43,829 nucleotides of DNA from Chrysochromulina tobinii (taxonomy: Eukaryota). A program made the translations under genes and the position numbers. Position 1 is the stretch's first letter, and each line of letters opens with the position of its first letter. Positions 26,971 to 36,441 of this stretch are shown here, piece after piece. The notes under the pieces were generated by a model. It was not told the origin of the DNA. It worked only from the letters and a program-made list of their open reading frames with translations, and did no database searches. The stretch spans positions 1 to 43,829 of the forward strand of contig JWZX01003238.1 in NCBI GenBank assembly GCA_001275005.1, given 5' to 3'.

Positions 26971-29859
26971 ATGCGATCCAATTTGATAGATTTCAGGGCT
27001 GCTGCAGGCTTGCCTGGCCACAAAGCGACGAGCGACGCCTTGGATATCATGCAGGCTACGTCGACTTCGACTCACCAAGTAAGCGGGCGCGTCGCATCGC
27101 CACCGGGCGCCCCTATTGCAGTGTCCATGGAGACGACGGCCGCAAACCTCAAGTGGGCTCCGCCTTCGTATTCAGGCGGCTCGGCGATCATCGGCTACCG
27201 CGTTGATGTGCGCACAGGCGGTCATGGCGAGTTCTGTGTGCTCGTGGCGAATACCAACGACCCCGAGCCGTGCGTGCATGCGGACGGCCTCGAGCCCATC
27301 ACGTGGCACGAGTTTAGGGTGGCCGCAATCACCCAGCCCATTACGTGGCTCGGCTCAAGGTGGCAGGAGGTCGCCGACCGCTCGAAACCGAAATCGGGGA
27401 CCGAGGTGCGTAGCTTTGCGCTCTCCACGGCCTTGCAGCGGGGCAGGATGAAGTTCACGCAGGCCGAGCTGATCTTGTTTGGCTTGGAGGCTCTGCGACC
27501 GGACTGCTACGTTGTGGCAGGCGGCCAGTACTTTGAGCCCGCGTACGAGCACTTGACGGGGCCCTCGGGCGAGCCGAGCGAGCCGCTGCTCACGCGCGCT
27601 GTGCCAAAGCGGAACGCCGTCGGCGAGGTGGGTTCGCGCCGGCGGCGCTCGAAGCAATCCTTCGGAGGCTCTCTATTGAGCGCCGAGCGTTCGGAATACG
27701 CGGCGTGCGTGGCACGCGAGGCGGAGATCGCGGCGGAGATCGAGCGCTCGCTCGCGTCGATCGCGTCCTGGGAGGCCGTCTTCCGCGTGCGCCACGGGCG
27801 CGTCGCGCACGACGAGGATCGCCTCGAGTCCACGGTCCTACGCGACGAGGCGCACACGCTACGTGTGCTGCGGCACGCACACGCGGTCGAGTCGCTCGCA
27901 GTATTAGAGGCCGATCGGCAGCTGGCGCTCAAGGAGCTGGCCGTCGCCAAGGCGGCGATCGCCAAATGGGAGAAGGAGCGTGAGGCGGCCTTCGGCACCG
28001 TGACATCCGAGGACAAGAAGGAGCCGCACTTCGTAGAGCTTCAGTCGCGGCGCGACGACGCGGCGGCGAGGCTCCAGCGCGGAGGGAAGCGAAGGGCGCG
28101 CGTGATGGCCAGGATCGATGTGGCGCGCGCCGAACTGCAAGCCGCCGCGCAGGATCCGCTCGCGAGTGCCGAGGTTTTGGATGCGGCCGGCGTCGCCAAC
28201 ATCGGAGGCGTCCCGATCACCACAGACGATGACGCGCAGCACGATCGTAGGGATGATGGCGGAGGCGGCGGAGGCGGCGGTAGTAGCGCCGGTAGTGGCG
28301 CCGGTGGCGGCGCCGGAAGTGGCGCCGGTGGCGGCGCCGGTGGCGGCGCCGGCGGCGGGGGCGACAACGCGGCTAGCTCCGGCGTGAGCCGCCGGTGGAC
28401 AGATGGGCTGCGGCGTGAGGTCAAGGGGCGTGACCAGCAATACCTGGATCTGCTGCTGGTGCGCTCAAACAGTCGGGAGTACGTGGACAGCATTGCAGGC
28501 ATGACCCAAGCGCAGGTACACCGCGCGGCGATGCTCTTCTGTAACGCGGACTTGGACGGCGATGGCGCCTTGCAGCTCGACGAGTTTCGTCGCCATCTGG
28601 TCGCTCGGTTCGGAGTGCGCTTTAGCGGCGACGTAGTCTTCGAGGCGTTGTGTCGTAAGGCTGACCTCAACCAGGATGGTCTCATTGACTTCAACGAGTG
28701 GCTCGTCTTTAATGAGACTCGCGTCGGCGGGATGACCTTCGGGCGCGTCAAGGACGGCCTTCTTGACGAGAGCGTCGCGGCGGACGCGATGGGCGCTCGC
28801 TCGTCCAGCTCCTTGGGCGACCTCGACTTGGGCGCAGGATGTTCTGGTGGGCTGGGCATGAATGAGACAGACGCGACCTCGACTCAGTCCGCCGCCTTGC
28901 AGCTTCAATCTAGGGGCGTCTATAGAGACCCGAGCCAACTGTCGGCCGCTTCGGTTGCACTTCCGCCGGCCGCTTCGGCCGCCGCGTTGCGCGTACTAGC
29001 GGTCGTCAAGCCCGCGGAGGCAGACGAAGAGCAGGCAGTGGCGCTCGCCAGAGCGGCGACACTCCCACCTCCGGTGCAGCCAGACTACTTGCGCATGCTG
29101 CTCGCGCGATCCTCGGGATCGCGCGCCGTGGTGGACGAGTTGCGAACCGAGCATGCCACCGAGCTGCCTGAGGACGTGCTCCAGGCGGCCGCTGCGTTTG
29201 TGGCGATGGAGGGCGATGAGCGCAACGCGCTGCTCACTCTTGACCAGTTCGAAACGGCGCTCGTCGGCCATTCGATGGCCGCCGGCGACGCCGAGGCCGC
29301 CACGGTGAAGCGCGTGCGTCAAATGTTTGCCAAGGCCGACCTGAACAAGGACGGCTTCGTCGACTTCAACGAGTTCGTGGCGATGCGCCGGCTCACGCAG
29401 GAGCACCACAGAAAGCTCGAAGGCAAACACTCGCACGAGCCTTCGCACAAGGCCAAAGGTACTGGCGGCACGAGCTTGCCGCAGGCGGAGGTGGGCTCGT
29501 GGGTCAAGTGCGTGCTCACCGAAAAGGAGGTGGAGGGCGCGAATGAACGCCGTGCCAAAGAGGCCCAAGCCCACACGCTCGCTCAGCGCGTTGCAGTGGA
29601 CGACTCGCTCCAGGATCTGTCGGCTGACGATCTGCAGACCCTGCGGGAGGAGATTCTCACTACGAGCGCTCGGCTCGACGCCGGAGCGTGCCGCGTCACG
29701 CTGGGCATGCTCGCGATGCGCGTTGGCAAGATGTTCACGCCTGCTGAGGTCGACAGTTTCGTCAACGAGCTTGTCCGCGCGAGGGGGGACGGCAGCGGGC
29801 GGATCGCGCCCGAGCAGCTCATCAATGGCCTGCGCGTGAACGTGCGCGCAAGCAAGTAA
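26971..29859 (+). CDS. Multidomain protein: FN3 (with insertion) + coiled coil + Gly-rich linker + EF-hands
   Basis: 962 aa. FN3: PPGAP..LKWAPPSYSGGSAIIGYRV..GLEPITWHEFRVAA....GPSGEPSEP. EF-hand loops: DLDGDGALQLDEF, DLNQDGLIDFNEW, DLNKDGFVDFNEF and GDGSGRIAPEQL. Confidence 0.85.
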   Translation: MRSNLIDFRAAAGLPGHKATSDALDIMQATSTSTHQVSGRVASPPGAPIAVSMETTAANLKWAPPSYSGGSAIIGYRVDVRTGGHGEFCVLVANTNDPEPCVHADGLEPITWHEFRVAAITQPITWLGSRWQEVADRSKPKSGTEVRSFALSTALQRGRMKFTQAELILFGLEALRPDCYVVAGGQYFEPAYEHLTGPSGEPSEPLLTRAVPKRNAVGEVGSRRRRSKQSFGGSLLSAERSEYAACVAREAEIAAEIERSLASIASWEAVFRVRHGRVAHDEDRLESTVLRDEAHTLRVLRHAHAVESLAVLEADRQLALKELAVAKAAIAKWEKEREAAFGTVTSEDKKEPHFVELQSRRDDAAARLQRGGKRRARVMARIDVARAELQAAAQDPLASAEVLDAAGVANIGGVPITTDDDAQHDRRDDGGGGGGGGSSAGSGAGGGAGSGAGGGAGGGAGGGGDNAASSGVSRRWTDGLRREVKGRDQQYLDLLLVRSNSREYVDSIAGMTQAQVHRAAMLFCNADLDGDGALQLDEFRRHLVARFGVRFSGDVVFEALCRKADLNQDGLIDFNEWLVFNETRVGGMTFGRVKDGLLDESVAADAMGARSSSSLGDLDLGAGCSGGLGMNETDATSTQSAALQLQSRGVYRDPSQLSAASVALPPAASAAALRVLAVVKPAEADEEQAVALARAATLPPPVQPDYLRMLLARSSGSRAVVDELRTEHATELPEDVLQAAAAFVAMEGDERNALLTLDQFETALVGHSMAAGDAEAATVKRVRQMFAKADLNKDGFVDFNEFVAMRRLTQEHHRKLEGKHSHEPSHKAKGTGGTSLPQAEVGSWVKCVLTEKEVEGANERRAKEAQAHTLAQRVAVDDSLQDLSADDLQTLREEILTTSARLDAGACRVTLGMLAMRVGKMFTPAEVDSFVNELVRARGDGSGRIAPEQLINGLRVNVRASK
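27349..27543 (+). other. Inserted ~65-aa protein module, copy A (within the FN3 F-G loop)
   Basis: LGSRWQEVADRSKPKSGTEVRSFALSTALQRGRMKFTQAELILFGLEALRPDCYVVAGGQYFEPA; aligns by eye with copy B at 36688-36891. Confidence 0.75.
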
Positions 29860-30080
29860 GTTTGTAGCAAAGGGCGTAAGGGGAGCTCAGGGGACGAGCT
29901 GTAGCAGAGATGAGAGAAGCAGTACCATAGTCATGTAGCGTAGCTTGATGTTAGGAAAACCTGGCCGGGGGAACAGTACTCAGTGTAACTCCCGTACAGA
30001 CGAGAACAATCAACCACGACGCACGACCGGCCGCGTTGGACCCGAGCGCCGGGGGGGAGATCAGTCCACAGTCGAGCTAT

Positions 30081-31077
30081 TTAGCCTTTAGCGCCAGCGG
30101 ATGTGGTGTAGCGTTCGGGCGCGGCAATCTCTACTTCGCGGGCACGCTTGCTCTTCCACAGCCGCATTGGCACCCTGCTGCCGTGACAGCTGCGGCATGT
30201 CGCGGCGTGTTTTGAGGAGCTATTAGCTCGCGAGTCGTACGATGCCGAGCCGAGGATGCCAACGCCGTCTTCGCCATGCAGATCCTCGGCCGCGAGCGTG
30301 TCGACTGTATCCTCTGATCGTCTGTAACGATAAGGTGAGCGCACGGAGCCACGCATTGGGAAGGGCGCACGCGCTGTGCAAGCGGAAGGCGGTGGCCGCG
30401 ACACGGCACTCGCTATCGGAACCTCTTTTGGAGCCGCTGCTGGCGAAAGCTCCTGCCTCGCATCGAAAAATACCGAGCCACAGCGCTCGCAGCACTGCGC
30501 CTCGTGCCAGAGGGCGTCTCGCTCCCTGGCCGCTGCCGTTAGCACGCGCAGCTCACAGCGAAGTACACGATTGTCACGTTCAAGCGCCTCCATCCGGGCT
30601 CGTGTTTCCGCAATGAAGCTCTGCATGAGCACGAATGGGCACGTCGATATATGCGCATCGAGCTGCCCGCGGGCGACGAGCGCACGGCAGCCCAGATCAT
30701 GGCGCGGGCATACCTGAGCGTCGGCACCGCTCATCATGCATCGTGGAGCTGGCGACATCGATTCCTTGTGCGTCGCCTCGTTGTACGCATTCGTCACCGG
30801 TTCGAGGTGGTAGCGGCGCTTGATGCCGATACTCCCTCGCGCAGCGCCCACAAGAACGGGCACGCCGTCCGGACGTGTCGCTGTGTCGGCAGGCTCGACG
30901 CTGACCCACATTGGAATTCGCGCCTCTTCGAGGCCCAATTGCTGTCATCATCAACACACTGCTGATAATGAAAATGCCTCAAGCCTGCTCTGAAACGTCT
31001 GTGGTCTGAACCCGGGCGGCACGGCCCACGGCGCGCGGTGGGCGGTTCGCGTCGGTTCGGCGCAACGGCGGAAGCAT
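30081..31077 (-). CDS. TRAF-type zinc finger + coiled-coil hypothetical protein
   Basis: CPRHDLGCRALVARGQLDAHISTCPF is a TRAF/Sina-type Zn finger, followed by coiled coil ETRARMEALERDNRVLRCELR and CxxC pairs. The main exon (30941-30081) is well supported. The 5' exon (31077-30985), joined by a 43-nt GC-AG intron, is tentative; the alternative start is ATG 30911. Confidence 0.62.
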
Positions 31078-31539
31078 GCTGGTGCCTGGTCCGCTACGTC
31101 CGAGCGTCCCCGCCCGCGACGCGAGCAATTCCGACAACGCCGGACGTCCGACGACCGCCAACGTTTTGCTTTTGGGGTTTTGGATTTTCGGTTATTCCTT
31201 AAATTCGCCGCAAGCGGAACCGCGCCGCGAGCGGTGGCGCGCGACTTTGAAATTTTGAATCGAAAGAATACTCTCCGATTTCGGACGTGTTCGGTGGAGA
31301 AACTGGAGGCAACACGGCACCGAACGCACTACAAGCGCCGAGGGCGCTCGCTCGCTCTCGCTCTGCTGCTCTCTGCTCTGTGACTGTGGTCTGTGCCGGG
31401 ACTCGGTGCGGGGGTGGCCCACGAGTCCCCTCTGCATGCTAAAATGCGCTCTGCATGCTAAAATGCGCGCGTTGGCCATGAACCAGAGATGTGCTTTCAC
31501 GTGTGGTCCTGGTCCAACCGCATCCGCCACTGCCGCCGC

Positions 31540-34394
31540 TCACTCTTCCTCCTCTTCGTTGCCGCCGTCCTTTTGGCCTGGCAGCGCGGGCGACTGCTGC
31601 GTGCGCGCCTGGCACAAGAGAAGGAGGCTCTCCTCGACCTGTGATACGAACTTGTTCTTGACTCTTGACATGTTGCGTTGCACTAATGAGAACGACTCAA
31701 ATTCTATCATCAGGTTGTGCAGCTCCTGCATGGCGCGGTTCGTCTCGCCCAACTGGCTCGGCAGGTAAAAGTAATCCTGCATTGCGCCGGCCACGGAAGC
31801 GACTGCGACGGTGATCGCAATCCAGTTGCTTTGGCCGAGGAAAGCCAGCACGGCGCCGGAACTGTTGGCGAGCATTTGCGCATATTCGAGCCGATTTAAG
31901 CGGTTGCTCAGCGCTGGAGCACGCTTTTCCAGAAGCTTACAGATCGATCTGACACGGCATTCAACGTAGGAATCGATGGCCATCTGAGAGACCAGGTCGT
32001 CGGAGTTGTTGTTCTTCTTCTCTTTCTCGTCAGCTTTATCGACGGCCCCTGTCACCTCATCGACGGCATCGTCGATAGCCTCAATGGCGTCCTCGATGGC
32101 ATCGCCAATGTCTTCCATCGCGTCTTCGATCTTGTCCCTGAGGAAGATGGATTTATGATCTTTCTTGGGCTTCCTGCGAATTCCATAGTAGAATTCGTCC
32201 ACGTGCACCCTGAGATGGTCCATGAAAATTGTGCGATCTGCCTCAGTCTGCACCTGGTATCTGGACATCCTGCCCATGTGCAGCGAGCCGCCCTTGCTGA
32301 TTTCGGAGGATATGACCGTTTTGTAAATCTCCGCGCATGTGCCGACGAAGAGCTCACGTGCCTTTATCTCCTTCCTCATCTTGGAGATGGGAACTGGGTC
32401 TTCTTGACCGGGCACTATCTCAGTTTGTGGGGCGGCCGTGTCGTATCCTACGGAAGTGGGCCAGGCCGCGCGCATGCGGTAGTAGTAGATCTGCGCGGCG
32501 ATCTGATTGGCTGCCATCAGGCAAGCGGCCCACTTCTCCCGCGGTCGCAACTTGGACCGGATGGTGCCGATAAGAGTGGCCACCATGGGAAGAATGATCA
32601 TCGTGAAGGAATATCCGCCGGTCAATCCGGCGTACAGTCCCTCTTCTCCCGGAGCGACGATCGGTGCGACCTCGGTAACATTCGAATCTGACTGCAGAAT
32701 GCGTGCACTCAAGGTCGACATAGCGAGCCTGCGCACGCCAGCAGGGACGAGACCAGCCGCTGCCGCGAGTGCCGCTGTCTGCTCTTCCTCGGCGACTGCT
32801 AGAGCGTAGACGACGGTGATAAACGTCGTCACGACGCTGAGAAGATACAGAGTCAACTGTAAAAAGTCGGCGACTCTCTCGAAGTAGCATGCATTCTCGT
32901 AGAGCGTAATGTGGCGCTTCCACGCGGTGAGGATGCAAATCATCTCCGCCTCACCCAGCCCGAGCTCCGGCACGCCGCCGCCGCCTGCGAAGCAGCAGGT
33001 CAGCGTGGCAAGCACATCCTCTGACGAATCGTTCAACGTGTCCACGGCCACGATCCCTGTCCGTAAGAGCATCGGAGCTCGTTGCTGCAACTCAATCATC
33101 ATGAGAATCTCGGGCAAGCCAAAGGTTTCCGTCCACGGTCTAGGTGAGGACATGTGCTCCTTCGTGTTCTTTAGGATCTCTTCCGGGTCAGGCGAGGGGA
33201 ACATTTTGAGCAGCTGTTCCCGAATCGCGGCATAAGCCTGAGTAAGGCCACCGGAGTGGTGTAGCATCACAATGTTCTCGCCGCGCTGGATGCGATAGGT
33301 GAGCGTGGGGACCATCCTGTCCTCGCCGTTTGCGTGTATGTAGCCGACTGGTCCAAGGCCCGACAAATCGATGCGATCGTGATCGTGGTCGACGAGGATG
33401 TAGTGCGTCGCTGAGGCAAATGCCATCGAGGTGTAGAAGTACTGCCACCTGGAGCGACTTGTGACTGGTACGTCCGGGTCCTCCGGGCGAGGGAGAGGTT
33501 GATCGAAATATGGCGAGTAGGGGTCCAAGAAACCTGTATCAGGGTCCGCGACATCATAGAATCGGTGCACAGGAGTCTTCAGACCGGCATCCTCTATTCC
33601 GAGCTCTTGCCCCGCGGCTATGGCCATCTTGAAAGTATTCAGGCAGTTCTGCGTCTGCTCGACCAGCTCTCCTTCACCCGTCTCGCCCCTAAAAACGTCG
33701 AACCGATCCAAGTAGTCGATGTACATGATGTACGGTCTGGAGCTGGTCTTCATCATGGCCATCTCGATCAGCAGCTCGGCAGCAGGCGCCTTGTATTGGG
33801 TGCGATCGATGACAAGCCAGTTGCCCCCCGATGGCTGGTCACACATGTCAAGGAGTGCTGCAAAGATGATGGCCATCTTGGCCAGGATCACTTCGCACTG
33901 TCACGGTCGGGGAGAGAGGAGCACGCGATCAGTCACGGGTATAGACGGGGCCCGAGACTCAAGGCGTCGGTGACGGAGCCCGAGGAGCATGGCATCGGTG
34001 AGGGGGTGCAAATGCTCACGATGCAATTTAGAGCATACTCTTCCGCCTCGGGACCCTCCTTCTTCTGATTGAACCTGGCTTGCATGAGCGCATCGTCCCA
34101 GAAGGTCTTGAAGTGTGACGATTTGCACAGCACGTTCGTCGCGAACACCTTCGGATGGATTGCGCCAGCATCACAGTGAATCATGCAGTTAGGATCGCCC
34201 TTGTCGAAACACCAGCCCCACTTGTCATCCATAACGATGCTCTCCAGCTTTTGCGCACTGAACCCTGATCTCGCCCCTTCTGGAACGTACAACAACTTGG
34301 CCGTCTTTCCGTTCTCTTTGAAGGTGAACGAAGAGTAGACAGCGGCATTGCCCCCCTGGATGCGCGCAAACGCCTTTTCTGCCGATGGATCCAT
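31540..34394 (-). CDS. Two-exon SLOG (TRPM/LSDAT-like) + tandem SLATT (DUF4231-like 2TM) membrane protein, ~910 aa
   Basis: Exon 1 34394-34020. Intron 34019-33898 (GTGAGC...GACAG, 122 nt, phase 0). Exon 2 33897-31540. SLOG-like: THYILVD...VGYIHANG...RGENIVMLHHSGGLTQA. SLATT-1: AWKRH..YENA..TM..TM..PREKWAACLMAANQI..IYYYRMR. SLATT-2: YVECRV..LEKRAP..TM..TM..TNRAMQELHNL..FVSQVE. Confidence 0.8.
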
Positions 34395-34718
34395 GTTGAG
34401 GTGGAGCTATCTGCAGCCGCCGTGCAAGCGACGCCAACCGTTCGACCACGCCGGTCGCCCACGCCGTGCAGGCTTACCGGTATTCCGAACGGCTCTGTAC
34501 GGTGTACAGAACTTCACGGTTCAGTACAGTAAATGCGGCTGTCTTGATTAGCCTCAGATGTATCTCGGGCTTCGGGGACGGGGGGCGAAACCGCGTTCGT
34601 GAAAAGATACTGTCCCAGTGCGCGTCCAGATTTCGATTTTCATCAGAGCGGCCTGAACATTCCTTCTCCGCGGACGGGCCCAAACCACACATCCACACTC
34701 ACCTGGACTCGCGGCATC

Positions 34719-36006
34719 ATGCCTGTGCCTGCTGTCAGTGCGAATCGTTCACGCGACGTGGATGAAGAACAGGCCATAAAAGCTCGCGCAGCTGTTACAT
34801 TGCAAGAGGCCACAAAGCCGAAAGCCAAAAGCAGCAAGATGGGCAACAAGTCACGTGGGCAAGCAGTGCTGGCGGGACGTGCCGCTCGACGTGCTGCTGG
34901 GAAGGATATCAACGCCGAGGAGAGTGAGAGAGTGAGGATGGAACAAGAGAGGCAGCGACAGGAGCAGAGGGCGAAAGATGCACTGTTAGTTCAAGGTGCG
35001 CAGCTTCGTAAGGCGGCGGCTATGGGCAACGCGGACGAATGTCGCAGGCTCATTGGTGAAGGCTTTCCCTTGGACGCGTGCGATATCCTTGGACGATCGG
35101 CACTGCATGTGGCGGCCCTTGGGGACCACACCGAGGCGATGCTCGTTCTCCTGGACGCAGGCATTGACATCGACGCGCAAGACCAGCGAGGGATGACAGC
35201 GCTCGCCCTTGCCGCCGAGGCTGGCCGTTGTGATGCCTTGTGCACTCTCATCGACGATGGCGCGGACGTATATATTGCTGCGGTGCCCTTGACGCACTGC
35301 TGGACCCCAATCATGCACGCTGCTGCTCGTGGCCACGACGAAATCCTCGGTTCGCCTCTCTTGTGCACCGCAGCCCAATTCACACCGCTTTTTGCTGTGT
35401 GCTTACCACAGTCCTCGCTGATGCGCAGGTGTTCTCCTGAATGCTGCACCCGCCCTGATCGACTCGAAGGACTCTAAGGGCCGTACTGCGATGGACATCG
35501 CTCGCGAGAACGGTCACCAAGAGGCTGAGGATGTGCTCTTTTTGGCTGCGGACTCACGCTCTGTCGATGATGCAAAGAGGGACGCTGCCAACGCACGACA
35601 GCGCGTGCTGCGCCGAGGCGACAGTAAGGCAGATCTACTCCGAATCCAGAGCGCACGATCGCTCGGGGGATCCAGGTCAGCGAGCTTCAAGTCGACGGAT
35701 CGCGGCTCTCCGCCAGCGAGCTTCAAGTCGACGAATCGTGAGACGGATCGCGGCTCTCTGCCATGGTCGCAGCCGCCTTCGCCAGATAGTCAGATGCAAG
35801 ATGGGTTCCGCTCGGTCGCATACGCAAGACAATTTCTCGCGAGGCTCACAGGCTCCAAAGGAACCCCAAAGAGTCAATCACTCCCGAGCTCGCCGGAAAA
35901 ATTTAGCCTCAAGCGCGGCCTAACCCAGTTCTTCTCGAAGTGGCCTGTGAGTTCTGACGTGATGTTGGACGCCGCCGCTGGCGACGAGCCGAGGCAGGTT
36001 GTTTGA
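34719..36006 (+). CDS. Two-exon ankyrin-repeat protein (~402 aa)
   Basis: ANK repeats GRSALHVAA, GMTALALAA and WTPIMHAAARGH. Intron 35350-35428 (GTTCGC...GCGCAG, 79 nt, phase 1) restores DEILGVLLNAAPALIDSKDSKGRTAMDIARENGH. Exon 2 is 35429-36006. Confidence 0.88.
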
Positions 36007-36441
36007 CAACTTGAATCTCTAGCATCTCTCTGATTCCAAACTACGGGGAGCATCAGAGACGAGACTCAGACTGATCAAACATCTCACGAATCTCAATTCT
36101 CATTTCGATTTTGTGATGGCACAGCGCAGCGCCCCGGCCGCCGCGGCGCGCCGGGGCTACGCGCCGGGGCGTACGCGTATCCGGAAGAGCCTGGTACGTA
36201 GTATCTAAAATATGAATCGTTTGCAGAAATTAAACTCCTAAAGCTAGATGGCCATGGCCTACTCTCGCGCCCTCTGTCACACACACAGGAGGGAGAGGCC
36301 GGGCCTTGCGACGACGCAACAGGCATCGAATCGCGCACCACCACGGTGGGTCCACGCGGCACTGCAGATCGTGCCCGAGTAGACGTCGGATCCCTGTCTG
36401 AAAACATACCTGGTCGATCCCCTTCCGTTCGGCAAACGAGA

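Noticed and set aside
27349..27543. Inserted module interpreted as an intein or an unspliced intron
   Set aside because: No Cys/Ser start or His-Asn end, too short for a Hint domain, no convincing splice boundaries, and conservation with the second copy is at the amino-acid level.
28258..28362. GGCGGCGCCGGT-type repeats
   Set aside because: Ordinary Gly/Ala low-complexity linker within a CDS.
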